A stretch of DNA of 64,000 nucleotides from positions 1 to 64,000 of the forward strand of contig MCFE01000504.1 of the NCBI GenBank assembly GCA_002104905.1. Direction: 5' to 3'. The position numbers and the translations under genes were made by a program. The stretch is from Basidiobolus meristosporus CBS 931.73. Lineage: Eukaryota > Fungi > Basidiobolomycota. How positions within the stretch are numbered: the stretch's first letter is position 1; each line of letters starts with the position of its first letter. Shown here piece by piece: positions 25,761 through 38,997 of the stretch. The notes beneath the pieces are model-generated. The model had not been told where the DNA came from. It saw only the letters and a program-made list of their open reading frames with translations, and did not search any database.

Positions 25761-28700
25761 AGAGGTTAGTAAGCAGGAGGCCATAGTTTCTTTTAATTCA
25801 AACTATGTGTGGAATACCCAAGGTAGTGGTGGCCAAGCAAATAGAAAGGGGTGATTCTACAGTGAAATATATGAATTGCATAAGGAGAGATAGAGCTGAA
25901 ATACCATTTGGTAATTTGGTATGGTAGCATTGTATAGAACTAGCTGTAGGCTGCAATACTGCTGTGATAATGTCATTAGAGACCTGCAATGAGGCCATCA
26001 AAACACCATCAAGTTTTTACCATATAAGGCAACTAGATGCACTGGCCAGATAGATCTATTTGAAATAGTTGTAGAGCATATTAAGGCTGCCACAATGCCA
26101 TGCAATTATTGCTACAGCACCAATCAAACCCTGTCAAGTTTTTTAACATTATTGGGCTATAAAATTAGCTTAATGCCATTGTGATCATGTTATAAGATTG
26201 TTAAGATGGTCACTAATTCTAAGCTGCTGGTACTATGATGGTCTCCAAATGGGATCCTGATGGCTGATCCAGATTGGATCCACCTGCAAAACCAAATTAT
26301 TTTTCATAGGGTAGGTAAAAATGGCTCCAAAAGGCCACTCAAACAAAAACTTAATCAGCCCATTCAGTCCTTGTAATTGTATTGCTGCATATGCATATGA
26401 ATATTGATTGAAGCTAGTGAGAAGTAACTTGGGTAGCATATACTCTGTAATATCTTACCAATTCTTTAAAGTTTCACTGGTATATTGAATGGCTTGTTCA
26501 GCTTGAAATGCCCTTTGTACAACTTGGTCATTGATATAGGGATACTATTGAAAAGAAAATGCATTCCTCCCAGTTGAAAGCTATTGCTCCAAAAGGGGCC
26601 TTCTATCTTAAGTATCTCTTGTTTACAACTATTTCCAAATTTTGACCTATGATTTAAGACTTGCCAGCTTTGCTGCAATTGTAGGCTGACTACTCTATGT
26701 TCTCAGTGTGGGAAGATGATGCTCCTAGTGTTGGTGTTTAGATACTAATGATGTGTGTGTGTTATGGATTAAATCCCTGGATCTCACATATTCCACAGCA
26801 TTACCAGCCATTAAGCCCAGAAAAGCCAGCTATCTTGTTGACAGCTAGGGTATCTCCAATGCAGATGACAATATGCACTTTTATATGACTGCAATTTAGT
26901 AATGTTACAGGAAAGCATACATAATTCATCAAGCATTGGATGCATGAAGATGCCCAGGTTGGATGGTGATTTAGGATGTATCTCTCCCTTGGACTTATAC
27001 ACCACCACTGTGCATATTATTATCTGCATTGGAAATACCCCAGCCATCAACAAGATAGCAGGCTTTTCTGAGCACAATGAACAATATGCTGTCAAATGTG
27101 TAAGATCCTGGGGAATTAATCCATAACTCACACACATTAATATTACTCTAACACCAGCACTAAGAGCATTGTCTTTTTGCAGAGAGAATGTACCAAAGTC
27201 AGCATGCAATTGCAGCAAAGTTAGCAAGCTATAAGCAATTGGCTGAAATGTGAATCATTTGGAAACCGGTGAAACTTAAGATGGAGGGTATCTGCTGGTG
27301 TAAAAGCTTTCCACTGGTGGCAATGCTTTTGCTTTTCAACCATATTTCTATACTGATGACCAAGTTGTACATGGGGCATTTTGAGCTAAATGAGCCCTTT
27401 GAGATACTGGAGAAATTTGAAAGAATTGGCAAGATATTACATAATATCCACTATCCTAACTACTTCTCACAGGCTCCAATCAACATTAAGTGAAGTTGCA
27501 GGTAGTACCATATCCCAATCTCATCAAGAATATTATCTTCAAGTCTTTGATGGATATGATGAGTTGGCACATGGAGGACAGCCAGGATGAGCTGGAAAAT
27601 ACTGAAAACCAATGAAAGTATAGAGATACCTATTCCTATGGCATCAAGAAGCTAAGCAGCCCCAATGTGTGGGTAATCAGTAGGAGAGTTGTGTTGAGTG
27701 CAACAAGCAACTAATTTTATTAGGAAAACTCTACCAAAGTATGCCAGGCTTCTCATGGTCACAAGCCAATTTCTACACCATTCAATATGGAATTCACACA
27801 AACAAGAGCCAGAGTGCACCTATAAGGGGGACTAGAATCCAGCAGGGAGATGGAATATACTTACTAAACACTGACAAGCTCTTTGTGGATATTCAAGAGG
27901 TATTTATGTTAGAAGTGGTGGCATTCAAGCATATATTTGCAAGATGTATGTTACCTAATAAGTAATGAAATACTTGCCATTACCACATATCACCTCAACT
28001 CTGAGTCTTTTTGGTGTGACGCTTGCAAAGTTACCATATATCAGCCTTGTTCCATAGGATATGCCACATTGAGCTATGAGTGTTAAATAGTGCTATTGTG
28101 TGCCAGAGAGTCATAGCAGACCTCAATTTAGCCACAGAGTGTATAACATGGCTTTTCATCCTCATGCAAAGCAGTCCCTGTGCTTCAATAACAATGCTTG
28201 AGAAAATCTATTTCTGTACCTTTTTTTTGGATCAATATTATGCAGGATGTGTAAGAGCACAAAAGGACTGAAAACATGTATCTGGTACTCAATACCTATG
28301 GCACTCTGAATCTAGCTCTGGTGGTTTATATCATGTGACAAAAATGCATGGCACTCTCTTGGTCCACTGGAACTATCTGGCACTATAAGTGCTTTGTATA
28401 GGTTTTACTTTAGGGCTAGTATTTAAATATAGTGCCAGATAGTTCCATGCACTTTTGTAACATGATACAAGCCACAGAAGCTAGACTCAGAGTGCCATGG
28501 GTATTGAGTACCAGATGCATGTCTTCAATTCTTTTGTGCTCTTGCACATCCTCCACAACATTGATCCAAAAAAAAGGTCAAAAAATAGATTTTCTCCAGC
28601 ATTGTTGGTGAAACACAGGGGCTGCTTTGCATGAAGATGAAGAGCTATGTTTCACACTCTGTGGCCATGTAAATGCTTACTTGGCCTCCCTGGCACAGTA

Positions 28701-30077
28701 TGGCATCATTTGTCACTCATGGCTTGGTGTGGCTTATCCAATGGAACAAGTCTATCATGTATTGCTTGTGACATATACATCTTGCAAACCTATGCTGAGT
28801 TGCCACCACATTTGCTATATATACCTCCTGAATATCCGCAAAGAACTTCTTGTCATTTAGCCAAAACTCCTTCTTGCTGCTGGACTCTAGTCCCCATTAC
28901 AGGTGTGCTCTGGCTTTTGTTTGTGAGAATTCTGTATTGAATGGCATAGAAGCTGGCTTGTGACCTAGAGAAACCCAGCATACTTTGGTAAAGTTGTCCC
29001 AGTAAAAATTGGTTGCTTTTTGCACCCAACCCAACTTTTCATTACTTAACTGATTACCAGCACATTGGGGCTGCTTGGCTTCTTAATCCAAAAGGCAAAG
29101 GTGTCTCCATGTGCATATCTGTCCTCAGTATTTCCCAACTCTTCCTGGTAGTCCTACATGTACCAACTCATCACATCCAGGTCAGACTTGAAGGTATATT
29201 TCTGATGAGATTGAGATATGGTAGTACCTGCAACTTGACTTGTCTTCCTATCTTTCCACACATCTGCTCCATAGGAAACTCCCAAAAGGTGATGCAAGGC
29301 CAATATTCTCCCTTCACCAAGTAGGATGGAGTAGAGGATGGATACAGTAGTGGCAGAGATTTTTGCATTCAGCCTTATACTTGCAGTATAGGTGCTCCTA
29401 ATCCCATCACAAACTCCTTGCATAAAAGCTGTATATGCATCAAGTTGGCATTGGTAATCTGCTTCTGGATAAGTATTCCTACAATGCCAATATATGACTC
29501 TCAATGCTTCCAATGTATTCTTGGTAGAAATGGCTTCAGAAGGCAGCCTGAAAAAACCATATCCAGCTCATGCAGTCCTAGCATTAGTATTGTCACATAT
29601 GTGCATGAATATTGATTGTGTCCTATGAGAAGTACTTTTGGTTGCAGATACTCTGTAATATCTTGCCAATTTTTTCTAATTTCTCCAGTATCTCAAAGGA
29701 CACATTTAACTTGAAATGCCCCATGTATAACTTGGTCATTAGTATAGGGATATTATTGAGGAGCAAATGCATTGCTCCCAGGGGAAGCTTTTGCTCTAGC
29801 AGATACACTCTATCTTAAGTATCTCTGTTTTTCAGTTTATTACATATTCCAGCCAATAGTTTATAGCTTAGCAGCTTTGCTGCAATTGCATCTTGACTAC
29901 TGTATGTTCTCTCTGTGGGAAGAAGAGGTTCTTAGTGTTGGTGCTTGGATAATAATAATGTGTGTGAGTTATGGAGCAAATCCCCTGGATCTCACACATT
30001 TGACAGCAATACCATTCATTGTGTCCAGAAAAGCCAACTATCTTGCTGCTGACTGGGGTATCTCCAATGCAGATGTT
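25760..30077. mobile_element. Rearranged CACTA fragments in both orientations (left terminus at 26311; transposase pieces)
   Basis: 25760-26311 is the reverse complement of 5893-6450. 26330-26960 and 27990-30077 are colinear with parts of 6480-9020. About 27010-27950 is inverted. An LTR-A 3' end (tacaccaccac) lies at about 26962-27009. Confidence 0.8.
28043..28753. mobile_element. Fold-back MITE, TSD ATC
   Basis: agccttgttcc...ggaacaagtct; atc at 28040-28042 and 28754-28756; flanks rejoin to a sequence homologous to 6520-6560. Confidence 0.9.
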
Positions 30078-30684
30078 AGACTTATTCCATTGCACCACAC
30101 TAGGGCATGTGACATAATTCTTGGCTGCTAAGAATAATCAGGTGCAATGCTGTAGCTACAAGTAGGCAGGATTGCTCTTGAGCAATTTTGTACTCAGTGG
30201 GACAATATTGCACACTATGGCACAATCTTACACTACAAGTTGGCACAATCATCCTGGACAACCACATTATGTTTGCATCACATGTGCAATTGGATACCAC
30301 TATTACGGTAGGTAAAATCCAGTATTTGAATATGTTTCTTTAATGTAAATGGAAATCAATGTGTATTACAATGTAATCTCTACTGATACCTATCATTTTG
30401 GTTACCATCACTCTAATCAGACTGTGTGACAGCAATTGATTGGTCTAAAAGTTTTCTGAAGCTGTGAGCCCCCAATTAGCTCATTGACCAATACACAAGC
30501 TACCTGATTTGTCATCATATATCCCATTTTACCCATTGAGCAAGTAAATCCCTGATTTTAGTAATTGGACTAGGTGTCATAGCTAGCATGCAATCAATTG
30601 GGTAGGTGCAAAACAGATCAAATAGCTGCATTAGTATTACAGATGATTTATAAGTATGAAGGGTGCTTATTTATAGGGGTTCTG
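30078..30684 (-). mobile_element. Decayed right-end fragment of the PHIS element
   Basis: Begins agacttattccattg and aligns with the reverse complement of about 16210-16822. Confidence 0.85.
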
Positions 30685-30779
30685 AGAGAAGTTGGTGATT
30701 ATCACCAGTTAATGCCCCAATCTAGATAAGTCTGAATCCTGCAATAGCAAAGAAGAAACACTAACAAGTCAACAGCAGC

Positions 30780-31640
30780 TTTAGCAAGTGTGTCAAGGTT
30801 GGCCAGTTGAGCTACACTCCTATGATTTGGATGAGCATGCAGAGAAAGGCCATTTGTCTACTATAACATTCACAGCATCCATTGTGAACTGAGTGGCAAT
30901 CCCACTGGCAAGCAATGCAACAATTGGAAGAAACCAAAGGACTCCCAAAATGCATGTAGTGGAGTTTTGGAGCAGTAATACATGCACCAAATGGTTGCTA
31001 TACATCTTTAAGAGCAGTGCATAAAAACATGCTCTTGAATGTTGCCAGTATTTATTTCAAAGACTGGCAAATGAGGTTCTAGACCTTGCAGTGCTGGCAC
31101 AAGACCAGAATGTATTGGAGCCAGTGAAAAAGCAATGCCATAAAGCCACAGAGTTTGCCCTAAAGCCATAGAACAAGGATTCTAAGGTACAGACACTCAT
31201 TAAATGGTGGTTTGAATGGAGTTACTTTTGAGTGTGAGGTTAGACTTAATATTGGTGATGGTTATAGGTACTTTTATAGGTCAGTGCAATCTACAAATGA
31301 GTAATATCTGAAGATTAAACAGAAATGAGCCAACTTGTATACATGAAAAGTAAGAGCACTTGTGCAGTTGGTATGTATAGCATATGAAAAAGAGGCAATA
31401 ACCCATCAATCTACATAACTGAGTGTCCAGGATCAGAAAGTGAGGGAAATGGCATAGGTCCAATCAAGAGCAACCTGGGACCCTATGTTGAAAATTTTGG
31501 CCAATTATTTTGCAAAATCTGAGGTGCATTTTTCTAGCAGTTTTTGTGCAGTGTCCTAATAGCATCAACACCTCTTGGTCACAGGATTTAAATTTAGTGA
31601 CTGCCTTTTGATGAGATGATTACCATTATCATTATAGGGT
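30780..31640 (+). mobile_element. CACTA right-end fragment
   Basis: Homologous to 11850-12570 joined directly to 16826-16975 (no PHIS insert); ends ...tataggg. Confidence 0.8.
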
Positions 31641-34538
31641 TTGTATAGTGTCTTGTGCTCAGGAGGGCTATCAGTACTGTTAATGACTTGATCAGCTTCT
31701 CTGACTGGTGGTAGGTCTACAAGTTCATTTGAAACCATATCCAAATATTACTTTAAAAAAGCCTGAATTATATCCTTCACTGAGGTGCAAGTCACTGTTG
31801 GTACTTTTGGCAGTATCAATGCAATTATTCTTCAAAAGGGGTCAGTTCTATTTGCTCAATATATGGATGATCTTATTACAACTTTTATACCTTTTTGGTG
31901 CAGTGAAGTTTATGGAATGGAATTGCATTTGAAGCCAACCAGCTACATTGCCTGGTCAAAAGGTAATGTGTATTAAGATTGAATTTCCTGGAGTTGTCCA
32001 CTTGAATTATGTTCCTGTCTTTGCATGATTATTCAAGCCAACCTTGGGGCCTGCCTACCATTCTGAGGATACTTGGATTCATTTAATGGATTCAGAATCC
32101 TCCACCACTGAAGCCATGATGGAAAGGGCTTTGACATTCACCAATTGGATGGTGGATATAGTCAAGAAATACTGAAAAGTAGTGTTGTATATCTGATGAC
32201 ACTTGGTTTGACAAACAAACACAAATCCAAACAATTACCAAAAAAGCCTACCGCACTGCCACTCCACTACCAACCGCCCAATGATGTGTTTGTGGTACCC
32301 AGTGCGGACCGCAAAGCAATGATCAAGGCAACATGCCATCACTAGTACATTTTAGTGTGGTATCACTTCATTTCCGCAACCTCGCAGGATGACATGCTAT
32401 GAATAGGCCCAATTCGTATTCCACATGATGACCCTAGAAAGTCAGCTAGAATCTGTTACTCTGTATACCATTGAGTGCAGCCATGGCAAAGCGGTTGATA
32501 GTCCAACTGCATGTCGTTTACCTGCGGTGCTATGATGCATGGGTGAAAGCGTGACCATTCTAACATTGCAAGAAGCCATATCCATTTCCTTGGGGATACG
32601 ATTGAATTGCACGTCGTTTGCAATCGATCATGTGGATGGTTCTATCGGAAGGGAAATGATCTGCTTGAGCACGTATTTCAAGAAGATTGATTATGCTAAT
32701 GTCTTGGCTATCTAGATATTCTTTAGTTGAACGATCCCCATGTACATATATGTATGCAACCTAGCACAGATGGATCAATTTGGTGCTTTCCAGTTCTCTG
32801 TGGCCAGTGAATTCAGGCTGAGACGAGCCTCTTTCAGCACCAGGAAGCATACTCCCAATGTGGAAACATATCTACAAATAAATACATGATATGCCATATT
32901 CGAGCTATAAAGACCTGCTTGCGTTCCTAAGATCCGAATCCACCGATGTTTCCATATTCTTTAAAAACACCGTTGAGTGATGGCTCTCCGGCTGATATCG
33001 TTGTTGCCTGTTGGCAGGGGCCTCAACAGTCCATATATACGGGAAGCTAGCATTCATCGAGTATCGAGGCTATTTTTCATTTTGGGGAGTTTCAGAATAT
33101 CCCCAAATGCCCAGAACCGAGATCGGGGATAGCTATTGGTGGTGTTGGGGGGGGTCTCAGCTGCCCATACTGGAGCGCTTTATCGTTGACTAATTCAGGT
33201 TATTGTTAAGTATACAAAAGCGAGGGGCCGACCCATAGGCGTCTGATATGATTAGCAAGACTCCAAGGACGCCACTTTTCACGTGCAAGAGCCTTTGCCT
33301 AATGGCAGGGTGATCTCAGGCCAAGCGGATCGTCGGTCTCTGCATGTCAGGGGAATAAGAAATCGTTAACATATGAATTTCTCCCATCGCATTCAGTGAG
33401 TGGTCCCCCGGTGTGGGCGAATCGCTGTGCATTCCTTCAAACCTGCTTGAAGGTACAAAAGGCGAATTACTTCAGCCAAGTTTAGAAGGTCAATTGATTA
33501 GTGACCACGCGCAACTGCCGCTCTACCTCCCATATATGGGCCTAAAGTAGGCTATCATCCAGGGCACCCTGTCACAACTGTGGGGTAATATTTCATCGAG
33601 CCCATCCTCTACCATCAGGCCATGAGTCAGCGTTGCTCAAAATTGGTTCCGTCTTTATATTTTTACCCGCTGGGCAATCAATGTTTCAAGTGTTCACTGG
33701 TCAATGTGACTCACTGCAAGGTGCATTTCCTCGCAATCAATACACTAAGCACAAACCACCTCAGCATAACACCGTATGAGACAACATAAGCGGAGGCTGG
33801 TGCTAGACGCGTACAGTGGGTGTCGTATTTGTTGTCCACACCCAGGTGGTAGCGGATTGCTGTGCTCCTCCCCTTGATGGTCCCCCGGGTAGGTATCGCT
33901 GGGTAACGGAGCGCGGTAAGGAACCTGAAAAGGCATTCCTCTTGTTTCTCATTCATGTGCATGATTGCTTTCATCCACCATATCACTCCACCTCGATACT
34001 ACGTAACACATTGCTGCTCCAGATTGGGTAGATGTCTTTAATCCTTATGATACGGCTGACATAGAGTTACGGCTGTTACGGTTCGAGTGGGGTTGGATTC
34101 AGCGACTGTACAATCACATCCTCGGTGAATAATCCCCACTCAGAGTGACTCATGATGGGCCAATAACAGCTTGAGCTATACATCCATACAATTAATCACG
34201 TCTGCATGCACTCGCTGCTTCATTTCAATTCAAGTTGTTTCTCCCAATTTATGTCAGCAAGCCCAACTCTATTTGTTTCAAAGATATTCTATTGTTACTG
34301 ATTGAGCTATCCAAACTCCGGCTTAATTTTCCCAAAAAGAGGTAATATAGGGGATCAACCCGAAGCCTGTTTTCACACTGATCTTATAAATTTCCTTTGT
34401 TTTCCTTGTTTGCCCACATCGACTTGGCTTTTGAATTGTTTGTCAACGAAAGAGTGTTTGCTTGGTTGACTTGCAAATCGCGTACGCTTAGTTGTTGATT
34501 AGTCTATTGTTCTTGCTACATCCCATATAATTCACAAG

Positions 34539-36569
34539 ATGCTTTCGTCAAGGTTTGCAGGGCAGATGCGTCAGCGCGCATCTCTGCTTCTGAGCCCGTC
34601 ACGAAGATATATGCCTGCCGCCTGTTTCTCTGGGCGGCATCGATTCAAGAGCACTGTTAGGTTGGTAGATCAGCATATCTCTCTATTGACCGTACATTGA
34701 CTTCTTTCTAGCGCTCGACCGGCCCACGAAAGTGCAGTTACTTCGACCACTCCTCTCTCGGATCCTCGTCTCGAGCCTATTAATCCTCAGCATCGCCCCA
34801 TACATGAGAATTCTTTTGTTGGAATGTCCGGCGGTCAAATATTTCATGAAATGATGCTCCGTCATGGTGTGGAGCACATTTTCGGGTACCCCGGTGGTGC
34901 CATCCTCCCCGTCTTCGATGCTATCCATGATTCGAAGAATTTTGAGTTCATCTTGCCAAGGCACGAGCAGGGTGCTGGGCATATGGCTGAAGGGTATGCC
35001 CGAGCCACTGGTAAACCTGGTGTTGTTCTTGTGACTTCAGGCCCTGGAGCTACGAATGTTATCACACCGCTGCAGGATGCACTCTCCGATGGCCTACCCT
35101 TGGTAGTATTCTGCGGTCAAGTTCCCACATCTGCTATCGGAACGGATGCTTTCCAGGAAGCTGATGTGGTGGGCATTTCCAGATCATGTACAAAATGGAA
35201 CGTGATGGTTAAAGATATCAACGAGCTCCCTCGCCGCATTAATGAGGCATTTGAGATTGCCACCTCTGGACGCCCCGGCCCGGTATTGGTTGACTTGCCA
35301 AAGGATGTTACGGCCGGTATTTTAACAAAGCCCATACCGATTAAGCCTTCACTTCCCACTCGGCCATGGAATCTCCATTATGACTCGGAAAAAATCAACA
35401 ACTCCATCACCAAGGCAGCCAAAATGATTAACCAGGCGAAATCACCAGTGATTTACGCCGGCGCAGGTCTCTTGAATCATCCGGAAGGACCTGCTTTGCT
35501 GAAACAGCTAGCAGATAATGGCAATATTCCAGTGACTACAACACTACAAGGTTTAGGTGTATACGATGAATTGGATGAGAAGAGCCTTCATATGCTTGGT
35601 ATGCATGGTTCGACTTATGCCAATCTTGCCATGCAATCTGCAGATGTAATTATCGCCCTCGGCGCGCGTTTCGATGATCGCGTTACTGGTAATCTGAAAA
35701 AATTTGCACCCGTTGCACAGCAAGCTGCCTTGGACGGTCGAGGCGGATTCATTCATTTTGAGATTATGCCAAAGAATATCAACAAAGTCGTGCAAGTCAC
35801 GGAAGCTATCGAAGGAGATGTTACTGAGAACCTAGCCAGAATCCTCCCGATGATCAAGAATGTGCAGCGAGATGCATGGTTCAGTAAAATCAATACTTGG
35901 AGAAAGAAGTATCCCTTCGTGTATCCTGACGATGCACCAGAGGGAAAAATGAAGCCTCAGGCTGTTCTTGAAGAACTCAACCGTCAAATAGAACCTCTGA
36001 AAGAGAAGGTAACTATTACTACTGGTGTAGGGCAGCATCAAATGTGGGCGGCACAATATATACGCTGGAGACATCCACGGAGATTCATCACCTCCGGGGG
36101 GTTGGGGACCATGGGCTTTGGACTTCCCTCTGCTATCGGCGCGAAGGTAGCCAAACCAGACCATATCGTAATTGATATTGATGGGGATGCCTCATTTTCT
36201 ATGACTGGCATGGAGTTGGCTACTGCCGCCCAGTATAACATCGGTGTAAAGGTGCTCATTTTGAATAACGATTTCCAAGGTATGGTAAAGCAATGGCAAG
36301 ATCTTTTCTATGAGGAAAGATACTCTGGTACTGTTATGCACAATCCGGACTTTGTCAAGCTAGCCGAAGCAATGGGATGCAGGGGTATCCGTTGTGACAA
36401 TATGAAGGATCTTCCAAGTAAAATGAAGGAATTCCTGGAATGTACAGAGCCCGTCGTTTTTGATGCTCGTGTAGACAAGGCTGAACACGTATATCCTATG
36501 GTCCCTGCTGGGAAGGCATTGCATGAAATGGTCCTGGACAAATCACTCACCATGGATGAATTCAACTGA
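34539..36569 (+). CDS. ILV2: Acetolactate synthase catalytic subunit, mitochondrial precursor (exons 34539-34660 and 34712-36569; 659 aa)
   Basis: FGYPGGAILP, RHEQGAGHMAEGYAR, TSGPGATN, TPP motif GDASFSMT...LNN; Arg-rich acid-free N-terminus; 51-nt GT-AG intron in matching phase. Confidence 0.97.
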
Positions 36570-36639
36570 TCAGTCATTTTTCACATGGCTAAACACCACT
36601 TGATTTATTTTGACCTTTGATTGCCAATCCTCGCCAGCC

Positions 36640-36658
36640 TATATATATATATATATAT
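36640..36658. repeat. (TA)n microsatellite downstream of ILV2
   Basis: Direct reading. Confidence 0.9.
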
Positions 36659-37238
36659 GCACTTGTCTTATAAATAAGCATCCACGCTTCAGCCACTAAC
36701 CACTGCCTAATCAATCATTTACATATAATTAATACTCATCAAAATTATGCAATAAATAATAAAAATATCCATATCCTATGTGAGAAGAGGCCAAAGACTA
36801 AATTCTCGTAGAGTATCATACATACGGTATATGGCAAGCATTAGGCAAGTAGGCCACAGACGTTTCTAGTGTCTACGGCCCCCGATGGAGTTTAATCCTC
36901 AACTCAGTCAATCTATGGAATGACTTATGGCACGACTCGACCTGCCCATACACTATCCCTGCGATTCGAAATCTCCCACAAGGCGCAAATATTCCATCTT
37001 TATCAAGCGGAAATCAACTCATTTATTTGGTTTAGTCAATGGTAAGGATAAGGATAAGCTTACTTAACCTCCTGCTGTGAGACCCCAATCGAGGCTGACA
37101 AGGGAAGGGAGGGGAAGCAAGCGAATCAAAAGGTTTAGGGATAACGGCTACGGTAGGTGAAGAGGCATGGTTAAGAGGGGAGGAGAGAAGGCCATACCCA
37201 TCCCCCAACATTCTAGTGATATGCGGAATGGAGAAGGC

Positions 37239-37502
37239 CTATTCCCGCTCGTGGGCACCAGCCTTGGAGTTCAGGTACTCGTGACGGGCCACTCCCCAGC
37301 TGTAAACGGTGTAGAAGATGATGGCACCGGGGGCTATCCAGGGGATCTGGGCGACGAAACGACGATAGGTCTTGAAGAGACCGTTCTTGAGTACACCAGC
37401 GAAGGCGCGTTGCTCGTATGGGGAGAGTGAGTACGAGATGATGCCACGTTGAGTAGGTCCACCAAGGTGACCCCAGTTACCCATCCATTTTCCACCGCCC
37501 AT
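37239..37502 (-). CDS. QCR8: Cytochrome bc1 complex subunit 8
   Basis: 87 aa; WMG.WGHLGGP.QRGIISYSLSPYEQ and a single hydrophobic helix followed by YLNSKAG. Confidence 0.95.
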   Translation of the reverse strand: MGGGKWMGNWGHLGGPTQRGIISYSLSPYEQRAFAGVLKNGLFKTYRRFVAQIPWIAPGAIIFYTVYSWGVARHEYLNSKAGAHERE

Positions 37503-38369
37503 TGTTCAAGGTTGTTTCTGCTGAGGCAGCAATCGAAGGAAAAGCAAGTGGTTAGCTCCTGTCTGGGACACTCAACGTCAAGAGTGAAAGTGAGGGCCGC
37601 TTACCAAGAGAACGTGTGTGTGCGTGTGTGTAGTGCAGCGAAAAGGCGGGACTACGGTTGTGAGTCGCTGAGACAGATGGAAATTTCACGGTTTGGTGAC
37701 AACCCCCACCCCATATGTAATGGGAAGGATTTTTTTTTGGTCACCTTCCCCAACCATTTACCATCTTGGGCTGATCCCGATCCCATGGTCATCCCTCCCT
37801 CCCTCCCCCCGCGCCATTCCGCGGCGGGGGATTGGAAGGGATCTAACGGATTTCTTCACCTCGTCCATATCTTCCTCACGACCGATCGGTTTTCTACTAA
37901 GAATTGGATTGGGTACCTCAACTGAGATCATTACATCCGGATCTGATCCTACACTCGATCCGAATCCCAACTGCGAATCCAATCCCGATTCTAGATGCAA
38001 ACTTCAGCTCAGACAGGTTGAAACTGAGGAGCTTGGGTACGGTTGGTCTCGAACCGACCGAGTTACACCCACCGCACTATATTCACCACAGTGGATCAGT
38101 GGATTCCTTGTGCACGTAATCCATTCTGAATTGGCAGGTGCCACTGGGTGTGTGGCGTGTTGGTAGGACACCGTGATTTCGCCGGATAAAACCATCGGTT
38201 GAACGATGGCGGCGTGAGGACAAAATGCAAGATACGGTCCGTAGGAGAGGAAACCCTCCCCACTGGTGGAGTGGGCAGAATGTGAAGTGGGGTTTTATTA
38301 TATCTCGATGCGAAAAAGTGGGCATACACAGGCCGAGATGTTGGCTGCTCGCAGTCCAATCAAGGACAT

Positions 38370-38997
38370 CTAATTCCCTCTGTAGGTGGTGTACGAGTAA
38401 GGGCTCAAAAGAAGGGGGATATGATAGTGCTCCTCGGTGTTTGTAATCTCGAAGGAGATCTTGAAAAGGGAGGGGAATTTCGGGTGAGTGAGGAACCCCT
38501 TCGCATAACCGCTACCGCATCACTTACCTCCACGTCCGGGTAGAAGCAGCTCTTTCCTTGCCCTTGGTAGTACTTCCCGGTCCCGAAGACGACCTTGTAT
38601 ATGCCTACCTGGAAGTCGTAGTCGAGGGAGAGTAATTCCGGGCAGCGACCGTCTTCATTGGTGAAACTGCCCGTTGCGGTTAGTTTAGCCTCGGTTCTGC
38701 GGACGGGATTTCAAGAGAAGTGCAGGGCTCACCTTTGGTTGAGCGCTACCCATTTCCCTTCGACCAACCTCTCGATGTTAAGTCGAACGTCTTGGGCTGG
38801 CTTTCCGATGGAGGAATCCAACACATGGGCAGTCACGGGGCTTCTGGTACGCATAAGTCCCTTTCGAAAACGAAGCAAGTCAGTCAACTGGGTCGGTTCG
38901 AACGAAGTCTAGCTCACCTACCGAGTTGCTTGGGCAGAAATCCACTAATCGTTTTGGCAGAGATTCGGGGGGATTTATATGGGATGGTGGGAGCCAT
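38370..38997 (-). CDS. uraH: 5-hydroxyisourate hydrolase (transthyretin-like); exons 38997-38918 (optional), 38843-38733, 38666-38528, 38459-38370
   Basis: [58 protein letters not shown]; GT-AG introns in consistent phase; alternative in-frame ATG at 38854. Confidence 0.93.

Noticed and set aside
31700-32300. QKGSVLFAQYMDDL resembling an RT YxDD motif
   Set aside because: Motif spacing is too compressed and no other RT motifs were found; unsupported
34683-36577. Several minus-strand ORFs over ILV2
   Set aside because: Antisense shadows of a well-supported gene
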